Positions 24,073 through 33,119 of a stretch of 55,345 nt of DNA are shown here, in pieces. Source of the stretch: a virus; IMG/VR virus record IMGVR_UViG_3300036816_000012, positions 1 through 55,345 of that record. The stretch is one strand, 5' to 3'. The notes beneath the pieces are model-generated. The model was not told the origin of the DNA. It did no database searches and saw only the letters and a list, made by a program, of their open reading frames with translations. The stretch's first letter is position 1. Each line of letters opens with the position of its first letter. Both the position numbers and the translations under genes were made by a program.

Positions 24073-24663
24073 GTGGCGATTGTGGCCCGAACAAAATGGG
24101 ATGAACAAATGATTGAGAAAGAATTATTCGCCTGTATAAACGCTTTAGATATTAGAAGAATGCCTACCGCTTCTGAATTGGTTTCTTTAGGCAGGAACGA
24201 CCTTCACATCCAAGTCGGACGGACAAAGACATATAGAGGATGGGCCGAACACTTAGGTTTGGAAATGAAAACATCCAGCACTTTAGAAGGCCAAATTAAC
24301 GAAGATGTTGTCGAGGTAATGCTCAAAGACAGAGGATACACCGTTGAAAATATGTCCACTAAATTTCCTTATGATCTCCTTGTTAATGGAGCTGTGAAAA
24401 TAGACGTAAAGATTGCTAATCCTTTTTACGTCAGAGGTTCTAGGGTGCACACATTTGGTATCAACAAGAAGAATCCAACTTGTGATATTTACATCTGCTT
24501 AGCTTTTGATGAGGAAAAGGAAGTAGAGAAACTTCTAATAATCCCTAGTCACAAATTGAGGATCAAAACCCTTTGTATCGGTAAGGAAAGCAAATACGAT
24601 CAATACAAAGATGACTGGGGATTAATTGACGAATACAACAAATTCATGAGTCGAATCCAATGA
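24073..24663 (+). CDS. Hypothetical protein, possible PD-(D/E)xK nuclease fold
   Basis: The spacing in 'PYDLLVNGAVKIDVKIA' resembles a D...(D/E)xK motif. This is inference only. Confidence 0.4.
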   Translation: MAIVARTKWDEQMIEKELFACINALDIRRMPTASELVSLGRNDLHIQVGRTKTYRGWAEHLGLEMKTSSTLEGQINEDVVEVMLKDRGYTVENMSTKFPYDLLVNGAVKIDVKIANPFYVRGSRVHTFGINKKNPTCDIYICLAFDEEKEVEKLLIIPSHKLRIKTLCIGKESKYDQYKDDWGLIDEYNKFMSRIQ

Positions 24664-25082
24664 TGGAGAACCGAGAAGAACAAATCATCCAATATGCAAA
24701 GGAAATCCGAATCTTACGGAACGCCGCAGATGAATATGACGACGACACTCCAGGCGGATTAATTTCAAAAATTCAATTACTCACTCAGGCTCATGTGCTC
24801 ATGGGCCGGGTATCCGCCTTTAAGGATGGAGAGTACAAACGAATCTACAGCCAGCGGAAACGTATCTATGCCGAAACCAAACGTGATGCAGCTAGGGGCG
24901 ATAAAACAAACGCTGCTGAACTGGCTGTATTGGAACATCGGGATCTAGAGGCAGAGGCATATGAAAAGATGCATCTTTGGCGAAATGAATTTTCATCCTT
25001 AACAGAACATTTACATGAACTACGACTCAGGTTAAGGGTGGATCTGAATACACACATTGGTGGTGGTCAGGATGGACTTTGA
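24660..25082 (+). CDS. Hypothetical protein (140 aa)
   Basis: ATGA overlap with the previous gene; helical composition. Confidence 0.55.
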   Translation: MMENREEQIIQYAKEIRILRNAADEYDDDTPGGLISKIQLLTQAHVLMGRVSAFKDGEYKRIYSQRKRIYAETKRDAARGDKTNAAELAVLEHRDLEAEAYEKMHLWRNEFSSLTEHLHELRLRLRVDLNTHIGGGQDGL

Positions 25083-25401
25083 ATTAAGAGCCGTTCCTAA
25101 ACCAAAGCACAAGCGATTCAAGCGAACCGCAAAACAGCGTGGGCAAATAACTAGCGATGTGTATGACAAAGCCTTAGAACGGTCAGGAGGCTATTGTGAG
25201 CGGTGTGGGAAAGGTGGATATCTCGAATGTGCTCACTTGATCAGACGGTGGAAAGTGGAGATTGAAACAACAGTAAACGATGTTGCTATGTTGTGTGGTC
25301 CGAGTGTAAACACAGGGACTTGCCATAACATTATTGATTATACAAGTAAGGGAAAAGAGTGGGCGGAAGAGTATCGCAAGAAACTATACAAAATGAATTA
25401 G
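25072..25401 (+). CDS. NinG/HNH-like recombination endonuclease (putative)
   Basis: The pattern 'CERCGKGGYLECAHLIRR...NDVAMLCGPSVNTGTCHNIID' gives a Cys/His arrangement like NinG/HNH proteins. Confidence 0.45.
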   Translation: MDFELRAVPKPKHKRFKRTAKQRGQITSDVYDKALERSGGYCERCGKGGYLECAHLIRRWKVEIETTVNDVAMLCGPSVNTGTCHNIIDYTSKGKEWAEEYRKKLYKMN

Positions 25402-25402
25402 G

Positions 25403-26158
25403 ATGCGTGGTGATAACATGGCTTGGTTAGAGAGTCATCAAACTCTTGGCCGGCATCGCAAGACGAAACGTTTGGCACGCAAACTTGGAATCACGGTACC
25501 AGAAGTTATCGGGCACCTCCACCTGTTATGGTGGTGGGCCATGGATAACTTGCCAGATGGTTGCTTGTCGGAGTTAGAACCTGAAGATGTTGCAGACGAG
25601 ATGATGTGGACCGGCGATGCCCAATTGCTTCTGGATAAAATGATTGAAGTTAATTTCATTGATGTAATCGATGGTCAACTTTATATCCATGACTGGCACG
25701 ACTACATTGGTAAGTTAGTTGACAAACGCAAAAAAGATGCGGACAGGAAACGGGAGTCTCGTGGTAAATCCAAAGAACGTCCGAAAGATGTCCAACGGAC
25801 GTCCGAAGGACAAGGCGAGGATGATCTTTGGGACGGCGCAGGTAACAGTACAGTACAGTACAGTACCTTACCAAGTAATACTACTACTACTGCTGACGAC
25901 CTTGAAAAAATAGAAAAAGCATATAGCCAAATACACGGATGTTTAGGTTTAAAACCAAAGGATTGGCCATTAGTATCTGGACTAGTCAATCAAGGAATAT
26001 CGGTTGATTTGATAATCGAAGTTATGACAGAACGTCATAAGAAGAAGGTGGAAGAGGGAGGAAAGGTTAACGGATTCTCCTTCTACACAAATGCTATTAA
26101 AGAAAAACATGCTCAAGGGAAGTCACAAGACCGCTTAGGGTTCTTGGACGACATGTAG
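25403..26158 (+). CDS. Replisome organiser / DnaD-domain replication initiation protein
   Basis: It has an N-terminal 'LHLLWWWAMDN' region and a C-terminal DnaD-like 'DWPLVSGLVNQGISVDLIIEVM'. It lies upstream of the loader and helicase genes. Confidence 0.6.
   Translation: MRGDNMAWLESHQTLGRHRKTKRLARKLGITVPEVIGHLHLLWWWAMDNLPDGCLSELEPEDVADEMMWTGDAQLLLDKMIEVNFIDVIDGQLYIHDWHDYIGKLVDKRKKDADRKRESRGKSKERPKDVQRTSEGQGEDDLWDGAGNSTVQYSTLPSNTTTTADDLEKIEKAYSQIHGCLGLKPKDWPLVSGLVNQGISVDLIIEVMTERHKKKVEEGGKVNGFSFYTNAIKEKHAQGKSQDRLGFLDDM
25845..25891. repeat. Microsatellites inside the organiser gene: (ACAGT)x4 then (ACT)x4
   Basis: Read directly: acagtacagtacagtacagt at 25845-25864 and actactactact at 25880-25891. 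Confidence 0.9.
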
Positions 26159-26168
26159 GAGGTGCTTC

Positions 26169-26534
26169 ATGGAAAAACAGGATGCATTAAAACTATTCAA
26201 GAAACTCGCATCCAGTTATCCAAGTTGGAAAGTGGATCGGGATATCGCAGAGAACTGGCTTGAAGAATTACTCGAAGCGGATTCGGAAAGCTGCTGGGCT
26301 AATGCTAAGGAGCACATAAGGGAAAGTAAGTTTGCTCCATCCATTGCTGAGATTGTTAAACCCAATGCCCGGATTGCAGCAGATCGAGAAAAGCAACGGA
26401 CTAGGGAGATGCTTGAGGAGCAGGACCGGTTGAGAAGCAAAGTCCCTTCACCTCCACCGTGGAAGCGTGATGGAATTAGCAAAGAAGAGTGGATGCGCCG
26501 AACGATTGCTGAACATAAGGCGAACAAGTCATGA
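26169..26534 (+). CDS. Helicase loader (SPP1 G39P-like)
   Basis: It carries 'ALKLFKKLASSYPSWKVDRDIAENWLEEL' and lies directly upstream of dnaB, overlapping it. Confidence 0.6.
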   Translation: MEKQDALKLFKKLASSYPSWKVDRDIAENWLEELLEADSESCWANAKEHIRESKFAPSIAEIVKPNARIAADREKQRTREMLEEQDRLRSKVPSPPPWKRDGISKEEWMRRTIAEHKANKS

Positions 26535-27829
26535 ACTATTACAACTTAGAAGCTGAGCAATCAGTACTTGGATCAATCATCATTCAACCGGATTTAATAT
26601 ACGAATCACTTTTGACGGAGGAAGAGTTCTTTCACTCTTCCCACCAAAAGATATTCAGCGCCATGGTATCACTCAGAGAAAAAGAAATCGGTGTTGATGC
26701 CGTAACCCTTTCGAATGAACTGAAGGATGAACTAAACGATATCGGCGGCGTCAGCTACCTACTTAAACTTAGTCAATCAGTTCCGAGTGTCAGTGACTTC
26801 ATCACACATGAACGCATTGTAAAGGATCGCTATCTTATGCGAACCGGCATGCGCACAATTCAAGATTTACAAAGTAGCGGAGTGAATGACCCAAAAGAAC
26901 TTGCTGCAGAACTGATGAACTTGTCAGAGTCATTGTCCGATCAAAGCAGGACTACAGATGGATTCAAACACATCAGCCAAGGGATTATGGAACACTCCGA
27001 TGAGATTGACCGGAAGAAGTATGAAGGGAAAGCGACAGGAGCCAACACTGTTGGTAAGGACTTGGATGATATTACTGGCAAGTGGAAAAAGCAGACGCTC
27101 AATATAGTCGCTGCAAGGCCCTCTGTGGGCAAAACGGCCTTTCTCCTTAACAATGCCGTCCGGAACGGAAAAGATGGCCTGACGGTCGCTATATTCAGCC
27201 TAGAGATGCCTGACATGCAACTCTATGACCGGATGATAGCAGCGGAGTGCAATATAGACGGTCACCGGGTCGAAGCCGGAGAATTGTACGACAACGAATG
27301 GGAGAAATACACCTTGGGATTGTCTGAGTTGGCTAGGTTGGACATTTACATCGATGACCGACCTGGATTATCCGTTCAAGAAATCAGATCTGCTGTACGT
27401 AAGCTGAAAAAGAATTGTCCTGAACTAATTGTATTCATTGATTATCTTCAACTTATTAAGGGTGGCAGTAAATTCAGCAGCAAGAACCGTAACGAGGAAG
27501 TTGGCTTCATAAGCTCCAGTTTGAAGCAGATGGCCCGTGAGAACGATTGTCCTGTAGTTGCCCTGGCTCAGCTCAGTAGGACCGTAGAACAGCGTCAGGA
27601 TAAGCGTCCGATGATGTCAGACTTGAGAGAGTCGGGAAACATTGAACAGGATGCGGATACAATCACCTTCCTATACCGGGATGACTACTACAACGCAGAG
27701 AGTGAAAAGAAAAACATCATTGAAATGATCGTATCGAAAAACCGGAATGGTAGAACCGGCACAGCTGAAATGGTGAATATGAAGAACTACGGTAAATTCG
27801 TTAACTATGATCGTGCTCATATCATGTAG
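26531..27829 (+). CDS. dnaB: Replicative DNA helicase DnaB
   Basis: It has 'NLEAEQSVLGSII', Walker A 'ARPSVGKTAF' and 'LAQLSR...DLRESGNIEQDAD'. Confidence 0.9.
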   Translation: MNYYNLEAEQSVLGSIIIQPDLIYESLLTEEEFFHSSHQKIFSAMVSLREKEIGVDAVTLSNELKDELNDIGGVSYLLKLSQSVPSVSDFITHERIVKDRYLMRTGMRTIQDLQSSGVNDPKELAAELMNLSESLSDQSRTTDGFKHISQGIMEHSDEIDRKKYEGKATGANTVGKDLDDITGKWKKQTLNIVAARPSVGKTAFLLNNAVRNGKDGLTVAIFSLEMPDMQLYDRMIAAECNIDGHRVEAGELYDNEWEKYTLGLSELARLDIYIDDRPGLSVQEIRSAVRKLKKNCPELIVFIDYLQLIKGGSKFSSKNRNEEVGFISSSLKQMARENDCPVVALAQLSRTVEQRQDKRPMMSDLRESGNIEQDADTITFLYRDDYYNAESEKKNIIEMIVSKNRNGRTGTAEMVNMKNYGKFVNYDRAHIM

Positions 27830-27842
27830 TGAGGTGATGGAC

Positions 27843-28007
27843 ATGGGTCCGCTTGAAAAAATGACGAATGATCAACTGCTTAATATAACCCAAAATGAAT
27901 CCTTGGATTACGATATACGGATTCATGCATCAAAAGAATACCTGAAGCGCATGGGAGTGATAGGGGTTGGCAACAGACTTCACGAACCGGATGGATGCGA
28001 TATTTGA
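27843..28007 (+). CDS. Small hypothetical protein (54 aa)
   Basis: ATG lies 6 nt after GAGGTG. Confidence 0.45.
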   Translation: MGPLEKMTNDQLLNITQNESLDYDIRIHASKEYLKRMGVIGVGNRLHEPDGCDI

Positions 28008-28194
28008 ACCTTGGGAACTTATCTTATTCAATCGATTGGCAGCAGCCGATGACATAGCAGCTAAAATATATCGGGAAGCTGGGATGTTCAGCATTCCTTC
28101 CAATTTCCGAAAGGAATATATGCAAGCCAAAATCATTGATATGATCGATCAAATCGCTGAACAAAGAGAAGATAAACAAGCTGGCCCAAAGTGA
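27967..28194 (+). CDS. Hypothetical protein (75 aa), start uncertain
   Basis: The start is either TTG or an internal ATG at 27991. It overlaps the previous ORF. Confidence 0.4.
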   Translation: MATDFTNRMDAIFEPWELILFNRLAAADDIAAKIYREAGMFSIPSNFRKEYMQAKIIDMIDQIAEQREDKQAGPK

Positions 28195-28208
28195 ATGGAG
28201 GAAATGGA

Positions 28209-28739
28209 ATGACACTAGCATACGGAATTGATCCAAGTACCAAAACGGGATTGGTCGGGTTGGATGAACAAGGCAGAGTAATAGAAGCTCAAGAGATTCA
28301 TTTGACGAACGGGCTACACTCTACACCATCAGAAATATGGGCTTACAGCCAGAAGATTATTGATTTGGTGCCAAAACGTAGCTTGGTAGCCATAGAGGGA
28401 TTCTCGTTTGGATCAAAAGGGCAGGGAGTAAGCACGCAGTACGGAGTAGGATTCGCACTTAGATTTGTACTGAATAACTCCGGTTTAACTGTATTGGAAG
28501 CTACACCTTCACAGGTTAAGAAGTTTGCTACAGGAAAAGGGAATACAAAGAAAGATGCAATGGTCCTTCCGATTTATCGACACTGGGGTTTCGAACATGA
28601 CTCAGACAACGTGCGTGACGCATTTGTTCTGGCTCAGATTGCGCTTTCTAAGCTAACTGGAACAACTAAAGCCAAATACCAACAAGAGGTCTTAGAAGCG
28701 ATTCTAGAAGGTCCTAAAACGAAGAAGAAAAAAGCATAG
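28209..28739 (+). CDS. RuvC-like Holliday junction resolvase
   Basis: ATG lies 7 nt after GGAGG. Motifs present: 'YGIDPSTKTG', 'IEGFSFG' and 'DNVRDAFVLAQIA'. Confidence 0.7.
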   Translation: MTLAYGIDPSTKTGLVGLDEQGRVIEAQEIHLTNGLHSTPSEIWAYSQKIIDLVPKRSLVAIEGFSFGSKGQGVSTQYGVGFALRFVLNNSGLTVLEATPSQVKKFATGKGNTKKDAMVLPIYRHWGFEHDSDNVRDAFVLAQIALSKLTGTTKAKYQQEVLEAILEGPKTKKKKA

Positions 28740-28807
28740 GTAATACAGTTGATTTTGATAGTGAATCATTCAATTAATTCATATAACAACGTATTGAGGT
28801 GGTAAAT

Positions 28808-29260
28808 ATGGATTGGGAATATGAACTTACGGAACAAGATTATCAGCAAGCTGTTGCCAATGGAATTAAGCGTGAGACTGCTCGCCAGCGATTTTATGAT
28901 CGTGGTTGGGAGAAGGAACGAGCGATTACTGAACCGGTTAACACAAAAGTTGATCGGAGGCGCTGGCACCGGATTGCTGAGGAAAACGGGATAACTAGGG
29001 ACGCTTTTAATACAAGGTTGCAAAGAGGATGGAGTGAAGAAGCAGCAGCTACAACACCAAAACAAACCTTCGCTGTTGCTCGGGAAATCAGACATGCAGA
29101 AATGCGGAAATATCCAGTTGAATATATTGAAAAGGCTTTGAAAAACGGCGTATCAAACCAAACATTCAGACGGCGTGTGCGAGAAGGCTGGGATTATGAA
29201 AAAGCATCTACAACACCAACAGATATCAAAAAAAGAAGAAAAGAGTTGACCCATAAATGA
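28808..29260 (+). CDS. Protein with three tandem HTH-like repeats (150 aa)
   Basis: There are three copies of NG(I/V)..(x)..R...GW..E.A.T(T/E)P: 'ANGIKRETARQRFYDRGWEKERAITEP', 'ENGITRDAFNTRLQRGWSEEAAATTP' and 'KNGVSNQTFRRRVREGWDYEKASTTP'. Confidence 0.6.
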   Translation: MDWEYELTEQDYQQAVANGIKRETARQRFYDRGWEKERAITEPVNTKVDRRRWHRIAEENGITRDAFNTRLQRGWSEEAAATTPKQTFAVAREIRHAEMRKYPVEYIEKALKNGVSNQTFRRRVREGWDYEKASTTPTDIKKRRKELTHK

Positions 29261-29742
29261 ACAAACAATACGAACAAGTTAGAGAGTTTCATAAAGCCTT
29301 CGACCAAACAATGCCCGATCAACCAATGGTTCTTGGATGCAACGATGACCCGGGCTCAGTTATCTATTACATGAATCAACTTGGCTCAGTTTGCAAGAAC
29401 ATGAAAACCGAAGGGTTGGGCGGAGATGTAGTCAAGCGTGCGTCTTGGATGCTTGAAGAACTCATTGAATTCATGGATGCAAATGATATTGAAGCTCAAG
29501 TGGATGCGTTAACGGATTTGATTTACTTCGCAATTGGAACCTTCACTCTATTGGGTGTTAAACCTGAAGCATTCTTCGATATCGTGCATGCGGCCAATAT
29601 GGGGAAATTGCACGAGGATGGTAAGCCGAGATTTGACGGACAAGGCAAGATCGTTAAGCCTGCAGGTTGGGAAGCAAGTTATGCTCCAGAACCCAAAATC
29701 ATTAAAGAAGTTAAGCGTCAAATAGAAGAGGCTCACAGATGA
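29257..29742 (+). CDS. MazG-like / all-alpha NTP pyrophosphohydrolase
   Basis: It carries 'QVREFHKAFDQ' and 'EELIEFMDA...DALTDLIYFAIG'. Confidence 0.6.
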   Translation: MNKQYEQVREFHKAFDQTMPDQPMVLGCNDDPGSVIYYMNQLGSVCKNMKTEGLGGDVVKRASWMLEELIEFMDANDIEAQVDALTDLIYFAIGTFTLLGVKPEAFFDIVHAANMGKLHEDGKPRFDGQGKIVKPAGWEASYAPEPKIIKEVKRQIEEAHR

Positions 29743-29855
29743 GCAGATTGAATGTATTGACCAAAATAAATCAGTTGATGGATCAGGAATGTAAAGGATG
29801 CCAGGCGCATGCTGAACTATCTAGTAAATATAAAAGTGTCTACTCGAAAACCTGA
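29739..29855 (+). CDS. Short CxxC ORF (38 aa), possibly a truncated zinc-finger gene
   Basis: It makes an ATGA overlap with the previous gene. It has a single 'CKGC' motif, followed by ~110 nt of non-coding sequence. Confidence 0.3.
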   Translation: MSRLNVLTKINQLMDQECKGCQAHAELSSKYKSVYSKT

Positions 29856-29964
29856 GTGGCCGATAAGGCGCAAAAAGGTTTGAGTTATCACCCATACAAA
29901 GACACCATTAAGAGGGAGAGATAAATATAGGTCCCCATTAGGGGATAGGGAGGGGATAGGCAAC

Positions 29965-30948
29965 ATGATAAAGATCCTCGAATTGTTCGGCGGAATAGGA
30001 GCTCCACGGAAAGCGTTGATCAATCTCGGTGTCGAACATAAGTCGATTGATTATGTGGAATGGAACGAGAAAGCTGTTCGGACCTATAACGCAATGTTTG
30101 ACCATCGTTATAAACCTGAATCGGTGGTCGGATATAGTTTGCAACCAGACATTCTAGTTCACGGTTCACCTTGCCAAGACTTTAGTATTGGAGGCAAACA
30201 GTACGGCGGGAATGTAGAGGACGGAACAAGAAGCTCTCTTATGTTTGAAACTATCAAGATTATTGAAAATCTAGGTGTATGGAAACCGAAAGTGGTCATC
30301 TGGGAAAACGTCAAAAACGCATTGTCTAAAAATATGGTGACAGCATTCAATCACTATCTGAGTGACATGGAGAAACTGGGTTACACGAATTCATATGAAG
30401 TATTAGATGCCCGGGATTTCGGTATTCCCCAAGCTAGAGAAAGATTGTTCAATATCTCGCTGCTAGATAATAAATATTTTGATTTCACCAAACTGAAGAA
30501 GCGACCAATGAAGCCTATAACAGATCTGTTGGAATCGGATGTTGACGAAAAATACGTTGTCACTCAACCAAGCATGGTTCGCAAGCTTCCAGGCAAGCCG
30601 ATAGTGAGCGGAAGTTATGGAGGACGGATGTTGGAAGAAATAAAAGAATTCGCTTATACGGTAACTACAAAACAGATGCGATGCCCAAATAGCGGAGTTG
30701 TGAAAATGCAAGATGGTCGATACCGCTATCTCACTGAGCGCGAGTGCTTCAGGCTAATGGGGTTTGACGATCAGGACTTTGAAGCAGCTTTAAGGGAACA
30801 CCCTTCAAAAGAAGGTTGCTTGAACGGTACTCTATATCACCAATCCGGCAACAGCATCGTCGTGAGTGAGTTAGAAGCGATCTTTGAGGTGTTGCTCGCT
30901 AAAGATTTTGTGGAAGCACCAGAAAAGCAGATGGAACTTGTTTTCTAG
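29965..30948 (+). CDS. dcm: DNA (cytosine-5)-methyltransferase, orphan
   Basis: Motifs present: I 'ELFGGIGA', IV 'GSPCQDFS', VI 'WENVKN', VIII 'QARERLF' and X 'GNSIVV'. No adjacent endonuclease candidate was found. Confidence 0.9.
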   Translation: MIKILELFGGIGAPRKALINLGVEHKSIDYVEWNEKAVRTYNAMFDHRYKPESVVGYSLQPDILVHGSPCQDFSIGGKQYGGNVEDGTRSSLMFETIKIIENLGVWKPKVVIWENVKNALSKNMVTAFNHYLSDMEKLGYTNSYEVLDARDFGIPQARERLFNISLLDNKYFDFTKLKKRPMKPITDLLESDVDEKYVVTQPSMVRKLPGKPIVSGSYGGRMLEEIKEFAYTVTTKQMRCPNSGVVKMQDGRYRYLTERECFRLMGFDDQDFEAALREHPSKEGCLNGTLYHQSGNSIVVSELEAIFEVLLAKDFVEAPEKQMELVF

Positions 30949-30997
30949 CACCACATATCACAGAGGCCATAGGCCCACCAAAAAGGAGCGAATGAAC

Positions 30998-31369
30998 ATG
31001 AGTGAAACAATTTTGACAGTACAGGGATATCAAAAAATGCAGATGGAAATTGAACACATCAAAACAACCATGATGCCCGATGTAAGCAAACGCTTAGAGA
31101 TTGCGGATCAATTGGGTGATGAGGAAGCGATTAAAAACATTACAGAGGAATTTGATTTCTATACGCAGCGCATCCCGTTTCTGGAGAATGTTCTGTCCAC
31201 TGCGAAAGTAGTTAAGTCGAATGATGAAAAAAAGGCCGAGGAACTGTTAAAGGAATTCAATAGAAACCACGAATTCATCGGACACACCGCCAATGAGATA
31301 TTCCAACTTGGCATGCAGCAGGCGCTTGAGACAGCAGGAATCAAGCTTCCATGGACGCGATTGAAATAA
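30998..31369 (+). CDS. Hypothetical coiled-coil protein (123 aa)
   Basis: ATG lies 9 nt after GGAG. Confidence 0.55.
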   Translation: MSETILTVQGYQKMQMEIEHIKTTMMPDVSKRLEIADQLGDEEAIKNITEEFDFYTQRIPFLENVLSTAKVVKSNDEKKAEELLKEFNRNHEFIGHTANEIFQLGMQQALETAGIKLPWTRLK

Positions 31370-31410
31370 TCAAATATGCGGGTTTAGGCCCACCAAAGGA
31401 GAGATAACAC

Positions 31411-31755
31411 ATGATACTTTTGATTGCTAAACGCAAGATAAAGCTTCCGTGCGCTATCTGTAACAAAAAGATTATCAAGGGTGATTGCTATTGGAAAGAC
31501 CGCCGATATTACAACGACGATGAAGGTTTTGGGGCTGTTGAATGGCATTACTGCCCACGTTGCAAGTACAAGGAAGAAGACAGAGCGTTCAGGATGATTG
31601 GCCTTCATACGCGCTGTTCTCACCCTCCTGGTTTCGTACATTACGAGGGAGACCCGAATGATTACAACGGCTATGTATGCGGAATATGTAATGAAAAGCA
31701 CTTAATAAAAAGAGGCGATGTCTATACTGCATCGATAGAGGATGTTGAGTTTTGA
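31411..31755 (+). CDS. Cys-rich zinc-finger protein (114 aa)
   Basis: It has four CxxC pairs: 'CAICNKK', 'CPRCKYK' and 'CGICNEK', among others. Confidence 0.55.
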   Translation: MILLIAKRKIKLPCAICNKKIIKGDCYWKDRRYYNDDEGFGAVEWHYCPRCKYKEEDRAFRMIGLHTRCSHPPGFVHYEGDPNDYNGYVCGICNEKHLIKRGDVYTASIEDVEF

Positions 31756-31786
31756 GAGGACCTCTTTCCCAGGGAGGGATATACAG

Positions 31787-31975
31787 ATGGCAGGCATACC
31801 GATCAAGAGACGGCTGGCGAGATTCTATCAGCATGCTGAGGATGGAGACGAGGTATTTGCCATCTGTGAGTGCCGAGACGGATATGTGTACTACCAGCAT
31901 ATGGACGGCTGGGGCGAGTTGGAGAAGATGCTATCCCAGCAATTTTATATGGAGTATGAGTGGATTCAAGATTAA
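31787..31975 (+). CDS. Hypothetical protein (62 aa)
   Basis: ATG lies 9 nt after GGGAGGG. Confidence 0.5.
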   Translation: MAGIPIKRRLARFYQHAEDGDEVFAICECRDGYVYYQHMDGWGELEKMLSQQFYMEYEWIQD

Positions 31976-31998
31976 TTCATTTGGGAGGAAGAACAGTC

Positions 31999-32586
31999 AT
32001 GAGTAAGCAGGAAGAAATCAAACAAGCGTTGGCGGCAGCTACACCGGGGCCGTGGGCGATTTACAAGACTGCTGTGGGCAAGTGCGAGGAAACGTTAATT
32101 GGAACGGAGTATGACCACCCTCAGTTGAAAGCTCCTGATAACATCGTTGGTCACGCATGCGGATTAGGCGGAGAGTTTGTATACATTCGTGAGGATGATG
32201 CGAATCTAATCGCCAAGGCTCCTGAATATATCGCTTATCTGGTAGAAACGTTGGAAGAGGTCCTGTTAGATCGCGATATCGCAAAGCAGAACAGCAAACA
32301 ATGGGAAAAATGCTATGACGCCGCAGAAGAAAAGTCAGATCAGCTCCGCAAGGAGCTTAAAGAGGCACGGAAAACCGAAGAAAAAATGATTAACCGTGCT
32401 GGCCTCCTTGTGTGGCTGGGTGACTTACTTCGTGAAAAAGATATTGAAATAGCTCGTGCTACTCATAGATTGGCTCGGGAAGCGGCAACTGATGAAGCGA
32501 AACTTATTAAAACGATCATTCGGAATGTGGAGGTACAGCCCTATTTTGTGGGCCAATTAGGGGAGGGTAACCACGATGCAGATTAA
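31999..32586 (+). CDS. Hypothetical protein with 'ATPGPW' motif (Ea22-like?) and coiled coil
   Basis: ATG follows GGGAGG. 'AAATPGPWAIYK' recalls the ead/Ea22-like family (from memory). Confidence 0.45.
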   Translation: MSKQEEIKQALAAATPGPWAIYKTAVGKCEETLIGTEYDHPQLKAPDNIVGHACGLGGEFVYIREDDANLIAKAPEYIAYLVETLEEVLLDRDIAKQNSKQWEKCYDAAEEKSDQLRKELKEARKTEEKMINRAGLLVWLGDLLREKDIEIARATHRLAREAATDEAKLIKTIIRNVEVQPYFVGQLGEGNHDAD

Positions 32587-32764
32587 CTTTCCGTTCTGGA
32601 TCATCCCCGTTGGGCTTGTAGCAATCGGAATTGTTGGCATGATGGTTATCACTAGACGTTCAACGTCAGATTACGACTTCATTACAGGACTGTTCGGACT
32701 GGGTTGGGCGGCAGTGTTTATTGTCGCAGCCATCGGACTGACAGTAGGAAAATACTTTTTCTAA
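32576..32764 (+). CDS. Small membrane protein (62 aa, 2 TM)
   Basis: It overlaps the previous gene and is hydrophobic. Confidence 0.5.
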   Translation: MQINFPFWIIPVGLVAIGIVGMMVITRRSTSDYDFITGLFGLGWAAVFIVAAIGLTVGKYFF

Positions 32765-32807
32765 GGATCGGGGCCTTTGGGCCTCTCCCTACTAAGGAGG
32801 TTATAAC

Positions 32808-33119
32808 ATGCCAATCATCAAACATGAAGGTCAAACACAGATCGAATTTGGAACAGGCGACATCAACGTATCGCCGGGATTGCTGCAACTGGATTACCCA
32901 TGTGGCGTGGTAGCGTTTCAGCCCAAAGAGTCGGGACCGATCGGAGAACGCCAGAAGAACGAAAGAGTCGTTGCACCACCAGCAGAAACGCCAGTTCGAA
33001 TGACTTTCGATAAGGTGGAGTCAATTGACGTGGTTATCCGGGCGCTACATGAAGCCAAGCGAATGATGCAGGAAGAGACATGGCAATCACTCATGGATCA
33101 GGTTAGGGAGGATATATAA
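32808..33119 (+). CDS. Hypothetical protein (103 aa)
   Basis: RBS TAAGGAGG. Confidence 0.6.
   Translation: MPIIKHEGQTQIEFGTGDINVSPGLLQLDYPCGVVAFQPKESGPIGERQKNERVVAPPAETPVRMTFDKVESIDVVIRALHEAKRMMQEETWQSLMDQVREDI

Noticed and set aside
29965-30948. Restriction-modification system around the C5-methyltransferase
   Set aside because: The neighbouring ORFs are a MazG-like gene, a 38-aa remnant and a small coiled-coil protein. No endonuclease-like ORF is present, so I treat the methyltransferase as an orphan.
30971-31400. Shared motif aggcccaccaaa(aa)ggag upstream of two consecutive genes (30971 and 31385)
   Set aside because: There are only two copies, and each overlaps the SD of the following gene. 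This is most simply a duplicated RBS context from local recombination, not enough to call a regulatory element.
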